A program made the position numbers and the translations under genes. A stretch of 36,041 nucleotides of DNA from Octopus bimaculoides (lineage: Eukaryota). The stretch covers positions 99,712,901 through 99,748,941 of the forward strand of contig NC_068987.1 in NCBI RefSeq assembly GCF_001194135.2, in the 5' to 3' direction. Position 1 is the stretch's first letter; every line of letters starts with the position of its first letter. Shown here in pieces: positions 1-9,892 of this stretch. Below the pieces are notes generated by a model. It had not been told where the DNA came from. It was given only the letters and a program-made list of their open reading frames with translations, and did not search any database.

Positions 1-165
1 ACACACAGAAAATTGCACTACTGGGTACTGCACACATTCTACGCAAAACACTTTCAATACAGTAAACATAAGAGCACCACAGCAAACCACAGCACATACC
101 CAAGGCACACAGAGCTGCACTCGGTAGTGAAGTGAAAGCACGTTATAAAAATAAAACTACTGAAC

Positions 166-233
<68 letters not shown>
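1..233 (+). mobile_element. 3' end of R4/Dong-like RLE non-LTR retrotransposon (ORF C-terminus, 3' UTR, (AAT)n tail)
   Basis: Frame 3 (3-65) reads TQKIALLGTAHILRKTLSIQ*, matching the QKxxLLGTAxILR C-terminal motif of R4/Dong-clade proteins. About 100 bp of UTR follows, then (AAT)n at 166-233. The element is cut by the window edge. Confidence 0.8.
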
Positions 234-234
<1 letters not shown>

Positions 235-412
235 CGAAAAAATACATTAGGAATAAGAACCGGGGTTCGAAATTTCCACAAGACACCTCATGAAGGCTGG
301 AGTGTATATCAGCCGAAACGTGTCAACAAACAAGATGAGGACAAATATCCGTCAATTGTAAATAATGTACACAATTCCTCATCTCTTAAATATAGAACTG
401 TTCTTGAATGAT
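234..412 (+). mobile_element. Short non-coding dispersed repeat carrying a degenerate hammerhead fold (Penelope-type terminal sequence or SINE 3' half)
   Basis: B-box-like GGTTCGAAAT at 264-273, then GACAC-CTCATGA-A-GGCTG-N10-CAGCC-GAAAC-GTGTC at 282-324. I recognise it as an abundant octopus repeat from memory only. Confidence 0.55.
282..324 (+). ncRNA. Degenerate minimal type-I hammerhead ribozyme motif
   Basis: Stem I GACAC/GTGTC; core CTCATGA (canonical CTGATGA with G5>C); stem II GGCTG/CAGCC closed by GAAAC. The cleavage triplet appears deleted, so this copy is predicted inactive. Confidence 0.55.
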
Positions 413-429
413 ATTTATTATATCGAAAT

Positions 430-520
430 CGAAAGGGTGAAAAGCAAAATTCAGCTCGGCAGTGTTTCTGGTCAGAACGTACCGTCTGAAGATCTATCAC
501 AAAGCGTTTGCTTGAGGCTC
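430..520 (-). mobile_element. Highly diverged SINE fragment, family A
   Basis: CGAAAGGGTGAAAAGCAAAATTCAGCTCGGC...TCAGAACGTA resembles the same-orientation copy at 4350-4398 (GAAAGGATGAAAAGCAAAGACGACCTCGGCGGAATTTGAACTCAGAA). Confidence 0.4.
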
Positions 521-1645
521 TTAAAAATCCGTCGCGTTTCTACCTTAAATAACGGTTTCTCATTGAGCCTATAGACGATTAAATCATATTCCCTGCCTGT
601 TTGATACTTGGCATCATTTATCCTATAATGTTGGTAGTTAAAGTTGACCTCCGTAGCATTTGTACTCAAAACATAAATATGTTCAAAATATAAAAAAAAT
701 TTTGCTAAATTTGGCTGAAAAGGGTTCTATTATTACCAGGCCTTAACACATTCGTCACCTACGTAAGTCACTCCTTTTGTTTAACCTTTTAACTTGACTT
801 TGATGCCTGAAACAACCAGCAACCAGTGATGAAGAAATAATTTATCTGAGAAATATACGAAGCCTTCAGACTTTACATAAAATTATATTTGAGTTACAAC
901 GCTCGATACTTTCCAAAAATATTAACTGATATTGAAAACAGAATCGTTTTAAAGAAAAATCGATAGTATCATTTTTTTTTTCTAGATGAAAATCATAGCG
1001 GGATGTGATTGTAAATTTCAGCATTTCAAACGACTATGGAAGCTGGTTTGTTATTTGCGATGTCACTTATTACGCCATGTCCGGTAACGGGCTACACAAG
1101 GTTGAAATATTAATAGATAGCTAATAAAAGTAATAAAATGGCTAGTAATGAGTATCATAATTTAAATAAGCTTAGACGTTGAAATTGATTTATTGTTTAT
1201 TTACTTAATTGTCCGATAAACACAAGTTTTTTTTTTGTGTTTTTATGATAATACCATTAAAGGTTTTATATTTATCCTAGCAGTATTTTTCTTTAAGTTA
1301 AAAACTAAAACGACTTGATTTATGACGACAGCAAACCACAAAAATAGTTACGGCTACAACGCAAGCAATAAATTAAATGCGTAGAACTCACACTAAGTAT
1401 ATTTAGAAACTCTAAAGTTGTATATGCAGAACATCAGAATGTTTTATTATATATAACAGCTATCAGCAACAGTTTCTGTCAATATATCAATAATTTGATC
1501 ATAATATGTGGATCTTCTAACTATTAAATGATACTTGAATTCAAGAATGAGCATTGAATATGGAGGACATGTTTTTTTTATCGGTTAAGCAGACCGCCGC
1601 CAGCTGCATCGACACTACCAACGTCAGCTCACCGGCATCGCCTCC

Positions 1646-1829
1646 ATCATCATCATCATCATCATAATCATCATCACCCTACCAATATCATCATCATCAT
1701 CATCATCATTGCGATTAACAGCAACGCAAACCTAACACTGATATATGGTTGCAATGAGGTAATCAGCAGCAGTACCACTCTAAAATGGTAATATTTCTCC
1801 CTTAAAGTTTATTAATAACACACACACAC

Positions 1830-1865
<36 letters not shown>

Positions 1866-2026
1866 CACACACACATCTTCATCATCATCATCATTACATT
1901 TAACAGTAGTAAACATAACAGAGATAGCTATAGCTAGTTACATTGGCGAGTGCAGCAACAATGACATTCTCAACTGTTAATTCAATATTTTTCCCTTAAA
2001 ATTTATTAATAACACACACATACACA
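1646..2026. repeat. Compound (CAT)n/(CA)n microsatellites within an old ~194-bp tandem duplication
   Basis: (CAT)n at 1646-1709 and 1879-1894; (CA)n at 1818-1875. ATATTTCTCCCTTAAAGTTTATTAATAACACAC at 1791 recurs as ATATTTTTCCCTTAAAATTTATTAATAACACAC at 1985. Confidence 0.8.
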
Positions 2027-2449
2027 CTAAAACTATTTGATGACAGAATACAGAGTCATTCGGATTTTTTTTTCTTGAAAGATTATTAGTTGAACAAATA
2101 TGAAATATGTTCGCCATTCTGTAATCGATGAGAATAATAAAACAGTTTATTGCGTTGTAATTAAATTATTGGAAACCTGTTCTGAATCAGTTCACACCAT
2201 AGCTGCCAATGTAATATGCAATTCTTTCTATTTTATTTTAAAATATGTTGTTGAATCCGAGGTCAGTCCAAAATGAGCTTATCTGTAATGAAAGGATTTC
2301 AGATATAAAAAAAAAACATCATCTCGCTTTCAAAGCTATCGAATCGATGACTGTTTTGTTGGGCTTGTTATTCTCTATTCGTTGACAGTAGTATGCTATT
2401 TTGTAAAATGTATCAAATATTTTTACCATATCAGTAGCGAAGAATCTCC

Positions 2450-3240
2450 GTCATTGGTTGTTAGTTCGGATTTTGATAATGGTCGTGTACTATAAGTTTC
2501 TGGGAACAGAATTGCGTTCATAATTTTCAGAATTATTCAGGACCATTTCTAGAATAGTTTATTGTACTAACAAAGCTCGTAGAGAAGACTCAGAACCATT
2601 ATATTGGTATTACTTATCTCACTGCATTTGTTTGCCCAGTAAAAATAAAATAGTGAAATTCTTAGGTGTTGTTAACGGAGATCATCATTAATATATTAGG
2701 CTTCATAGATACTTCGGCCAGTTTCTATTTGTCTGCCTGCCCTGAGGTAAGATGTGATGCCCTACACAATATTTCCACTCCACCGCTTTCCAAGCTCAGC
2801 ACTGCCAAAAATGGACCATATTCTAATGATCCACAAATGCTTCACACACAAGTCTCTTTTCACGTCCAACTTTACACTTATTCCACTTTCTCACAATATG
2901 CCCATGCATACAGACCTGTTTTTATAAATTTATCTTCGCTCTGGTGGCTTACTCCCTTACCCTGAATTAAGAAACACTGGCATCGTAGGCCATAATCTCT
3001 GCAAGTATCTACTATGTTCAGAACTTCATGATCTGCATGTGTAACAGCGTTACCTGTACTTCTTCCATGGCTTTGGAAATATTTGCACCACCAGTCAGAG
3101 GTAAAGAAACATTTGTTGCAGGATCTCTAACCTTGTAATTGATACATAATACAGAATCAGCTACAACACAGTTCTTGGTAGCAAGTTATAGAGCAACACA
3201 GTTTTGCCTTTCAAGAAATGATTATTCTATCAAACCACTA
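2450..3240 (-). mobile_element. Possible decayed Ty3/Gypsy pol relic (RT C-terminus, connection, start of RNase H)
   Basis: A long minus-strand frame with few stops reads MEE...DHEVLNIVDTCRDYGL...FIKTGL...EKVE*V*SW...SICGSLEY...LCRASHLTSGQA...PNIL, then NGSESSLRALLVQ (compare DASxxGLGAVLxQ). Motif order fits Gypsy but identity is low and spacing is imperfect. Confidence 0.3.
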
Positions 3241-4254
3241 GAACCGCCGGTTTCTTCTTGAAACTTTTCACAAATATTTTTGTAATATTTAGTCTGACCG
3301 CATTCAATTGCCTCTGCATTCAATTTGTTCGGAAACACATTTAACACTCTAAACATTTATCTTAAATCGCTTTCGAAGTACACAATCTTTCCTCCATGAG
3401 CTTCATTCATATACATCTCCCAGGAAATGGATATTTAGGCACTTGAATACCCACATAAAAACGTATGCATATATAGCATGTATAAATACTTAGTTAGGTA
3501 TTGACATTGGACACTGCAACGATTACCTTTTAGTAATTCACTATCATATTACTCCCAATATTGATCCTGTATTCTTTTTGTGTAATATAAATTTAAACCT
3601 TAATATCAAATAACGCTTAAATCCTTAAGTGCTTGTAGGTATCAGTTCCATTATCGTTGTTTATTGTTTCCAAAATGCGTCTGTCATTACTTGTGTGTCT
3701 AAAGAAAGCATAGCTTTGCATTTAAAATGTATTAAAGGCACGACACGACCTCAGTATCGTCCTTTATCTTAATATTGGCACAATCGTACCTATATACGTT
3801 AGGCCCTTCTTCTTCCAATCTCTCTCGGTTTGAATATCACGGCCTATTATCTGTTATAATGGCATACTGTTCGTACGTATGGCAGTAGATTACGACCCAT
3901 AATGAAAAGAGTTGCGTCCCATAAAACAGCTTTTTACAATGACTCGGCAGATTGTATTGGTATGAAAGTCTCTAGCGAAATGAAAATCAGGTCTTCATAG
4001 AAGAAACACTCCTGAGACATGAATTTCGTTCCTTAACTTATTACACTCTCAAACAACCATCCCTTCTGCAGACACATTTTCGTCACTTGGATATCGGAGA
4101 ATTGCACATGTAAACCACTTCGAGTTTTCATTAGGTTCCAACTCCACTCCGCTTTCTCAGATATCAACTTATAACTAGATAAGAAATGATGCTGATCGTC
4201 ATGATAGCGATCAGCATTATTCCTATGACTAACTCAAGTTAAAATACAAAAATA

Positions 4255-4398
4255 CTATTTTCTACTCTAGGCACAGTGCCCAAAATTTTGGGGGAGGAGC
4301 CAGTCGATTAGATCGACCCCAGTACGCGACTGGTACTTAATTTATCGACCCTGAAAGGATGAAAAGCAAAGACGACCTCGGCGGAATTTGAACTCAGA
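4255..4398 (-). mobile_element. 5'-truncated SINE, family A, with 14-bp target-site duplication
   Basis: The reverse complement contains the B-box GAGTTCAAATTCC and the body GTCTTTGCTTTTCATCCTTTCAGGGTCGATAAATTAAGTACCAGT, and aligns with 11600-11750. AAAATACAAAAATA flanks it exactly at 4241-4254 and 4399-4412. Confidence 0.9.
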
Positions 4399-4459
4399 AA
4401 AATACAAAAATATTGCTTTGAAACGGTATGGAGATCATATTTGTTCCTCCTCGACCAGA

Positions 4460-5200
4460 TTCAGCAGGTACATTTCTTTGCTGTCTCTGCTTTTGGACTT
4501 AGATAGTTGGCCCCGTTCTTCCTAGAGATTGTAAGTAGGCCCCAAGCTCTATGGTAAGAATCTTGACCTGGCAGTTGGAATCCCTTCGTCTGTTCCCAGA
4601 GACTGGCCTGAGTGACTTTTGTCTCAATCTTGAGGACATGTGTTTCTTCTATTCTATATTCAAACGACACAGTATGTTCAGTCCAAATCAGTTGTTACAA
4701 TTAACTGGAATGGAGTACGACATCCAGCATCAAACCACTCTTTCTTTTGATTTCGTGTTCTTATGTTGATTCCAGGAGGTCTGCTAAGCACTCCCAGTCA
4801 CCTTCAGCGTCCAGAGGACTCTTGTACAGGTGAGTGATCACCAGGTTTTACGAAGGGAACCTGTTCGATAAGTGTGAATGAATAAGAAAGACAATTTTGA
4901 ATATACACCTTGAGTTTTATTCTTTCGTAAAATTTGCGCAACATTTCGGTCACAGAGGAAACATTAACAAGTGTTGTTTCGCCATCATCCTGATAATTAA
5001 GTTCAGCGCACAATTGCTTATATGACTACGTTGTGTGTCGATACTTCTCAGGACGAGTGGTTCCTGAAACTCACCTCAATGACAACTTTCACCTCCCTAC
5101 TATCTATGAAATATTTTCTTCAACTAATTTATGGAAAAAATGGGCTCCAGAACACATGCAGAAATATATTACGGAAAACCTGATTCGATTTTCAATCTAA
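4460..5200 (-). mobile_element. HERO-like RLE non-LTR retrotransposon fragment (decayed knuckle region plus restriction-like endonuclease)
   Basis: Minus-strand translation gives VPFVKPG, LDAEGDWECLADL, GLMLDVVLHSS (compare LRPDIVLxS), EHTVSFEYRIEETHVLK (compare ELTVPxExxxEEAHERK) and CQVKILTIELG (compare xxEVGCRG), in the expected order with stops and frameshifts. Confidence 0.7.
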
Positions 5201-5319
5201 TTCCCGCGCATCACAGGGCTCAACAACTGACTCAATCGCAATAAATTAGTGTGATGTGCCGACAATTACACGATCGCTGCATATATAAAGAAAACGTAAC
5301 GATCTTGTAATGCCACAAC

Positions 5320-5720
5320 ACAACTTGTGCTGTCTACAACTCCTTTCTCGTGCTCTGTATGGCTATTCCTGGCCATGATTTGCTACCTCGTGCTGTGTAA
5401 AATGTCGTTGCAGATTGTGGTAATATTGATTTTATTCTTGCCATACTTATCAAGTGAACGATCTCTTTGAGCACTTGATTGCGCCTCCACATGTATCTTG
5501 TTTGTGCTAGTGCTACATTGCAGGAGCTCAGAACGTGTTCCCTTGCCTGTCTACCTCGGTAGATTGGGCAATCAGCATTATCTGATTTGCCACATTTCAC
5601 TATGTTCGTATTCGGAGGCCAAAGATCACGTTGAGGCAAACACGTTGATGAGGGATTTAAGGTCAAATGTCAAGGATAGTTTACTTTGTCAAAAACTGCA
5701 TTCACTTTGAGAACAACACT
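5320..5720 (-). mobile_element. Second HERO-like fragment (CCHC zinc-knuckle region)
   Basis: ORF 5334-5666 reads ...NIVKCGKSDNADCPIYRGRQAREHVLSSCNVALAQTRYMWRRNQVLKEIV, matching the CPxC...EHVLSSCxxALxQGRYxWRHNxVL signature of HERO-clade elements. Confidence 0.8.
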
Positions 5721-5739
5721 AACATTTTAAAACAAGGTG

Positions 5740-7562
5740 AGATATCATTTTGCAACAATTAAGAGGTGTTGAAATAACGCCCGCTACAATATTTAATAAA
5801 TACTTCCCAAGCTTACAGATTCGAGTTCGGGTGTTCCTATTTAGTTTCTCATCTGCCTTACTAATTTACTCTTCTTTCATTGACTAAAACTTCATCATCA
5901 TTGTAAATATGAATTCTCTTTATGTTCCTTCGTGTATGCTGTATAGTTATGGTTTAGAGCGTTAGAACTTTGTTTCAATGAGAACCATAATGTTTAAATA
6001 CATTGTTATTACTGCTGAGTAGGTAAGGATGAATAGCTATTGGACGAAACTACTTCACATTATAGTGTTATGTCATTATAGTTCTTATATCCGGACTCAC
6101 ACGCTTTTACAAATCATCTTCGTTCTATGTTAAAATTCACTGCATTCATTAGGTACAATTGCCACCAGTAGCAGGGTGCATATTGTACCCCCTCATAAAA
6201 GTCGTATAAAGGCATATTTTGCAAGCAAAAGTTAACATGACGCAAGAGCAGCATATGTTTTAGGAAGATATTTAAACATCTTAAAAATCTTATTTCTTTT
6301 CCTTAAAGTGTCTAACAATGTGCACGCATAAGAAATTGCATTTGAAATGATTTGTAAAGAGAAAATTGCATCTTACCCGTTGATTGTAATATTTCTTAGT
6401 TTTCACATAAAATAGGTTACTTATCATTGTGAATGATGACTCAATGCATTGTCTAATTTAGTTGGGAATCTTTAATTTCCTAGTTCATTTCTGCTTTTCA
6501 TGCATCTGGCGTCGAGAAAAGAATACACCAATCAAGCAGTGGGCTAGATGTAATTCACAAAGCACTTCCAGAATTTCTGGCTTTCAAGTATTGTCAGAAA
6601 ATATTGTTGCTATACAAAAGTAAGATGAATAATTTGTATTATTTTTAAGGATTTTTGAACAGTTATCAATACTTAGTTTTTGACCAATACTGGTAGAAGA
6701 AAAATTAGTACTGGATTTACATTGTCTGCCTTTTTTTCCTAAAATCTGTCGTAATTAGATCTCCGCATTCCAGTCTTTATTATCATGTCGCTATAGGCAT
6801 TCTTTTATTTCAAGGATTCCACTCTTTTGTATAATTTCTTTACCATTTTATAGAAATTTATATAGTTATATGTTTCTAGTTAGCTTTCAACGTCATTTCG
6901 CTAAAGAATCGAGTATTTTTATTTTCCTTTCGTTATATTTTCTTAAATATTTTTTTATGATTGTTGGTGTCATTGTTATACTGGAAATATCTTTGTCATT
7001 TTTTTTCTTATAACTGATTTTACGGTTTTATTTTATTCTTTCAAAGTGGTTCATAGATGTTACTAGAAGCGAATGAATGAATGAATAATGCAATATATTG
7101 TAGAACAGGACAGCACATGTCTTCCTGTGAGAATGTCCTGTAATATAGAATAAAATCTGAATATACGAAATTACAATTATATATATATAACAAAAAGCAC
7201 AAAACAATAATGCCAAATAAAATAATATCGCAAAATTCGTCTTTTATTTGGAAAAAAATTAAATTATGTTTCTTCCATGCCACATATGTGTTCAGATATA
7301 GCTCTTTCTCAATTTATATCCGATTTTGTAGCTTATATATACACACATATATAAAATATATGCATCCATATGTGTAGGTGTGTGTGTTAATGCGTATAAA
7401 TATATGAATCTGTGCGAGTGTAACACTATATACTCACTCATACATATATAATTACTGTCTCTGTGTTTTCATGTTATTGTCTTATCACCATCATCATAAT
7501 AAACATCATCTTCGTTTTCATCATCATCATGATTCTCATCAATATTGTCATTGTTGTTGTTG

Positions 7563-7651
<89 letters not shown>

Positions 7652-8330
7652 CTCCAGAAAGACTGAAATCTACAAAGAAGACAAACGTATTTCCTGGAAA
7701 TTTAATAAACATCGATAATAAGTTTCCTTTTACACTCTTGCTTGCAAATCATAAATTTTTATGATTTGCATGTCACATCCCCTGGTTTCTATGTAGTGAT
7801 GAAATTTTGACATGCTTCTAATCTTTTAATGATTCGCTTAAAACTGTATTGTCTACCTCTAGGTAAGATTATGTAATGTACTTCAAATACTTCGGATTTA
7901 TATCATGCTATTTACTCTAATGTTCATAGCAGAAGATTTTGAAGTGAGAACTATCACTTTTACAGCAGTTTAGATTTATGCCATTTATTCTTGTATGTAA
8001 CATATGCAGCAATATCTCTATCTGCACACATATTGGTTTTTCAGTCCAAAATTGCTTATTCTGATCAAACTTTTCTTGTGATATAAAATTATATTTAACT
8101 TTAATAATCATGCTAAGGGGAAAAAGCAACTTTTTAAATGAGTTTATTTATATTGAATCAGAACAGTATAATATTAGAATAAGACCTTCTGGTTTTAGAA
8201 TATGAGATTCATGCGTCTTTCTTCAGATGTTTGCTACTTCTTTTTCCGACAGAAATTCCTGATAAATTTCACCTAGTTGCCCTTGTTGACTCTTTGAGGA
8301 TTTAAAAAAAAATGAGATACCATTATTCAC
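5740..8330 (-). mobile_element. Very old CR1/L2-like LINE relic interrupted by microsatellites
   Basis: Scattered minus-strand motifs in the expected order: an APE-like long frame at 7650-8330, QKFWKCFVNY at about 6570, FRPIAIHPYLLS at about 6030 (compare NYRPISILPxLSK) and DISPCFKML at about 5740 (compare DxSKAFD). Weak. Confidence 0.3.
7549..7649. repeat. (GTT)n-(ATT)n microsatellite
   Basis: Read directly from the sequence. Confidence 0.95.
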
Positions 8331-8449
8331 AATAGAACTCAATAATAATATTCTACAAATATTATTAACATTCATGTGTCAGTATAATCATCGAAGTGAC
8401 CTCTGATGAATGGTGATTCTTCGACGAATATCCGTTTTGTATTTACCTG

Positions 8450-8450
<1 letters not shown>

Positions 8451-8484
<34 letters not shown>

Positions 8485-8497
8485 ATATATATATATA
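8451..8497. repeat. (TATC)n-(TA)n microsatellite
   Basis: Read directly from the sequence. Confidence 0.95.
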
Positions 8498-9026
8498 AAC
8501 AAAAATACAAAATGGGAGAAGAACGCAAAACATCCAGACAGTTAGGTGATACAAGGAAAGGACAACAAAACATCCAGATAGACGATACAAACAAAACAAG
8601 GACGGGTCATTAGGAGTTTTCTTTCCTCAGTCGAGTTCCAGATTATCTTTGCAATTTCGGCTGGTTATACTCGAGATTGCTCGAATCTGGCCAGCCCCAA
8701 GGAAAAACTAGGTTAAGAGCATTACACTTCTTGGAAGAATGCAGCGAACATGTACGAAAATAAGGACGGAAAAAACGGAGAAACTTACACAAACTGAAAT
8801 AACAGGACATAGCAAAAGGTGTCATTCGACTATGGACGAATTAAATTAAGCTGGCGTGTGTGGAAGTAAAGCTTTACGGCAGGGATACATGATTTCCTGG
8901 GCACAGGGAAGAATAAAGATGTTGGACGGACAACGGCCGACCCAAGAAAGGAAGCTCATGCTTTCTTATGCCGGATATTTATAGCATAAATTCGTTACTA
9001 TGGCATTAATCGAGATACTTATTGAT
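8498..9026 (-). mobile_element. Non-coding part of a dispersed repeat, probably the 3' UTR or pseudo-LTR of a Penelope-like element, running into a gap
   Basis: A GC-richer block bounded by a (TA)n tract and an N-run. It has the internal duplication AAAACATCCAGA..GATACAA (8529 and 8568) and a GGCTGG/CCAGCC-GAAA stem at 8655-8696. The family assignment is from recall only. Confidence 0.4.
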
Positions 9027-9856
9027 NNNNNNNNNNNNNNNNNNNNNNNNNNNNNNNNNNNNNNNNNNNNNNNNNNNNNNNNNNNNNNNNNNNNNNNNNN
9101 NNNNNNNNNNNNNNNNNNNNNNNNNNNNNNNNNNNNNNNNNNNNNNNNNNNNNNNNNNNNNNNNNNNNNNNNNNNNNNNNNNNNNNNNNNNNNNNNNNNN
9201 NNNNNNNNNNNNNNNNNNNNNNNNNNNNNNNNNNNNNNNNNNNNNNNNNNNNNNNNNNNNNNNNNNNNNNNNNNNNNNNNNNNNNNNNNNNNNNNNNNNN
9301 NNNNNNNNNNNNNNNNNNNNNNNNNNNNNNNNNNNNNNNNNNNNNNNNNNNNNNNNNNNNNNNNNNNNNNNNNNNNNNNNNNNNNNNNNNNNNNNNNNNN
9401 NNNNNNNNNNNNNNNNNNNNNNNNNNNNNNNNNNNNNNNNNNNNNNNNNNNNNNNNNNNNNNNNNNNNNNNNNNNNNNNNNNNNNNNNNNNNNNNNNNNN
9501 NNNNNNNNNNNNNNNNNNNNNNNNNNNNNNNNNNNNNNNNNNNNNNNNNNNNNNNNNNNNNNNNNNNNNNNNNNNNNNNNNNNNNNNNNNNNNNNNNNNN
9601 NNNNNNNNNNNNNNNNNNNNNNNNNNNNNNNNNNNNNNNNNNNNNNNNNNNNNNNNNNNNNNNNNNNNNNNNNNNNNNNNNNNNNNNNNNNNNNNNNNNN
9701 NNNNNNNNNNNNNNNNNNNNNNNNNNNNNNNNNNNNNNNNNNNNNNNNNNNNNNNNNNNNNNNNNNNNNNNNNNNNNNNNNNNNNNNNNNNNNNNNNNNN
9801 NNNNNNNNNNNNNNNNNNNNNNNNNNNNNNNNNNNNNNNNNNNNNNNNNNNNNNNN
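9027..9856. other. Assembly gap (830 N)
   Basis: N-run followed by (TA)n. Confidence 1.
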
Positions 9857-9858
9857 AT

Positions 9859-9892
<34 letters not shown>

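Noticed and set aside
54-281. Poly-Leu ORF, plus similar poly-Ile, HT, SL, YI and X-rich ORFs throughout the track
   Set aside because: They are translations of microsatellites or N-runs and are not evidence of coding.
3020-3050. HADHE resembling the citrate synthase motif
   Set aside because: The surrounding residues do not match citrate synthase; a five-residue match is expected by chance.
4990-5200. Plus-strand protein-like frame HNCLYDYVVCRYFSGRVVPETH...
   Set aside because: It is the in-register antisense of the minus-strand HERO-like frame.
6028-6050. GATGAATAGCTATTGGACGAAAC resembling a hammerhead
   Set aside because: It has no proper core or stem I, and is better explained as the antisense of the RT motif FRPIAI.
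6484-6619. Candidate exon (CCTAG ... open frame FISAFHASGVEKRIHQSSSGLDVIHKALPEFL ... GTAAGA)
   Set aside because: The protein is unrecognisable and has no partner exons, and the opposite strand fits a decayed LINE linker. RNA-seq could overturn this.
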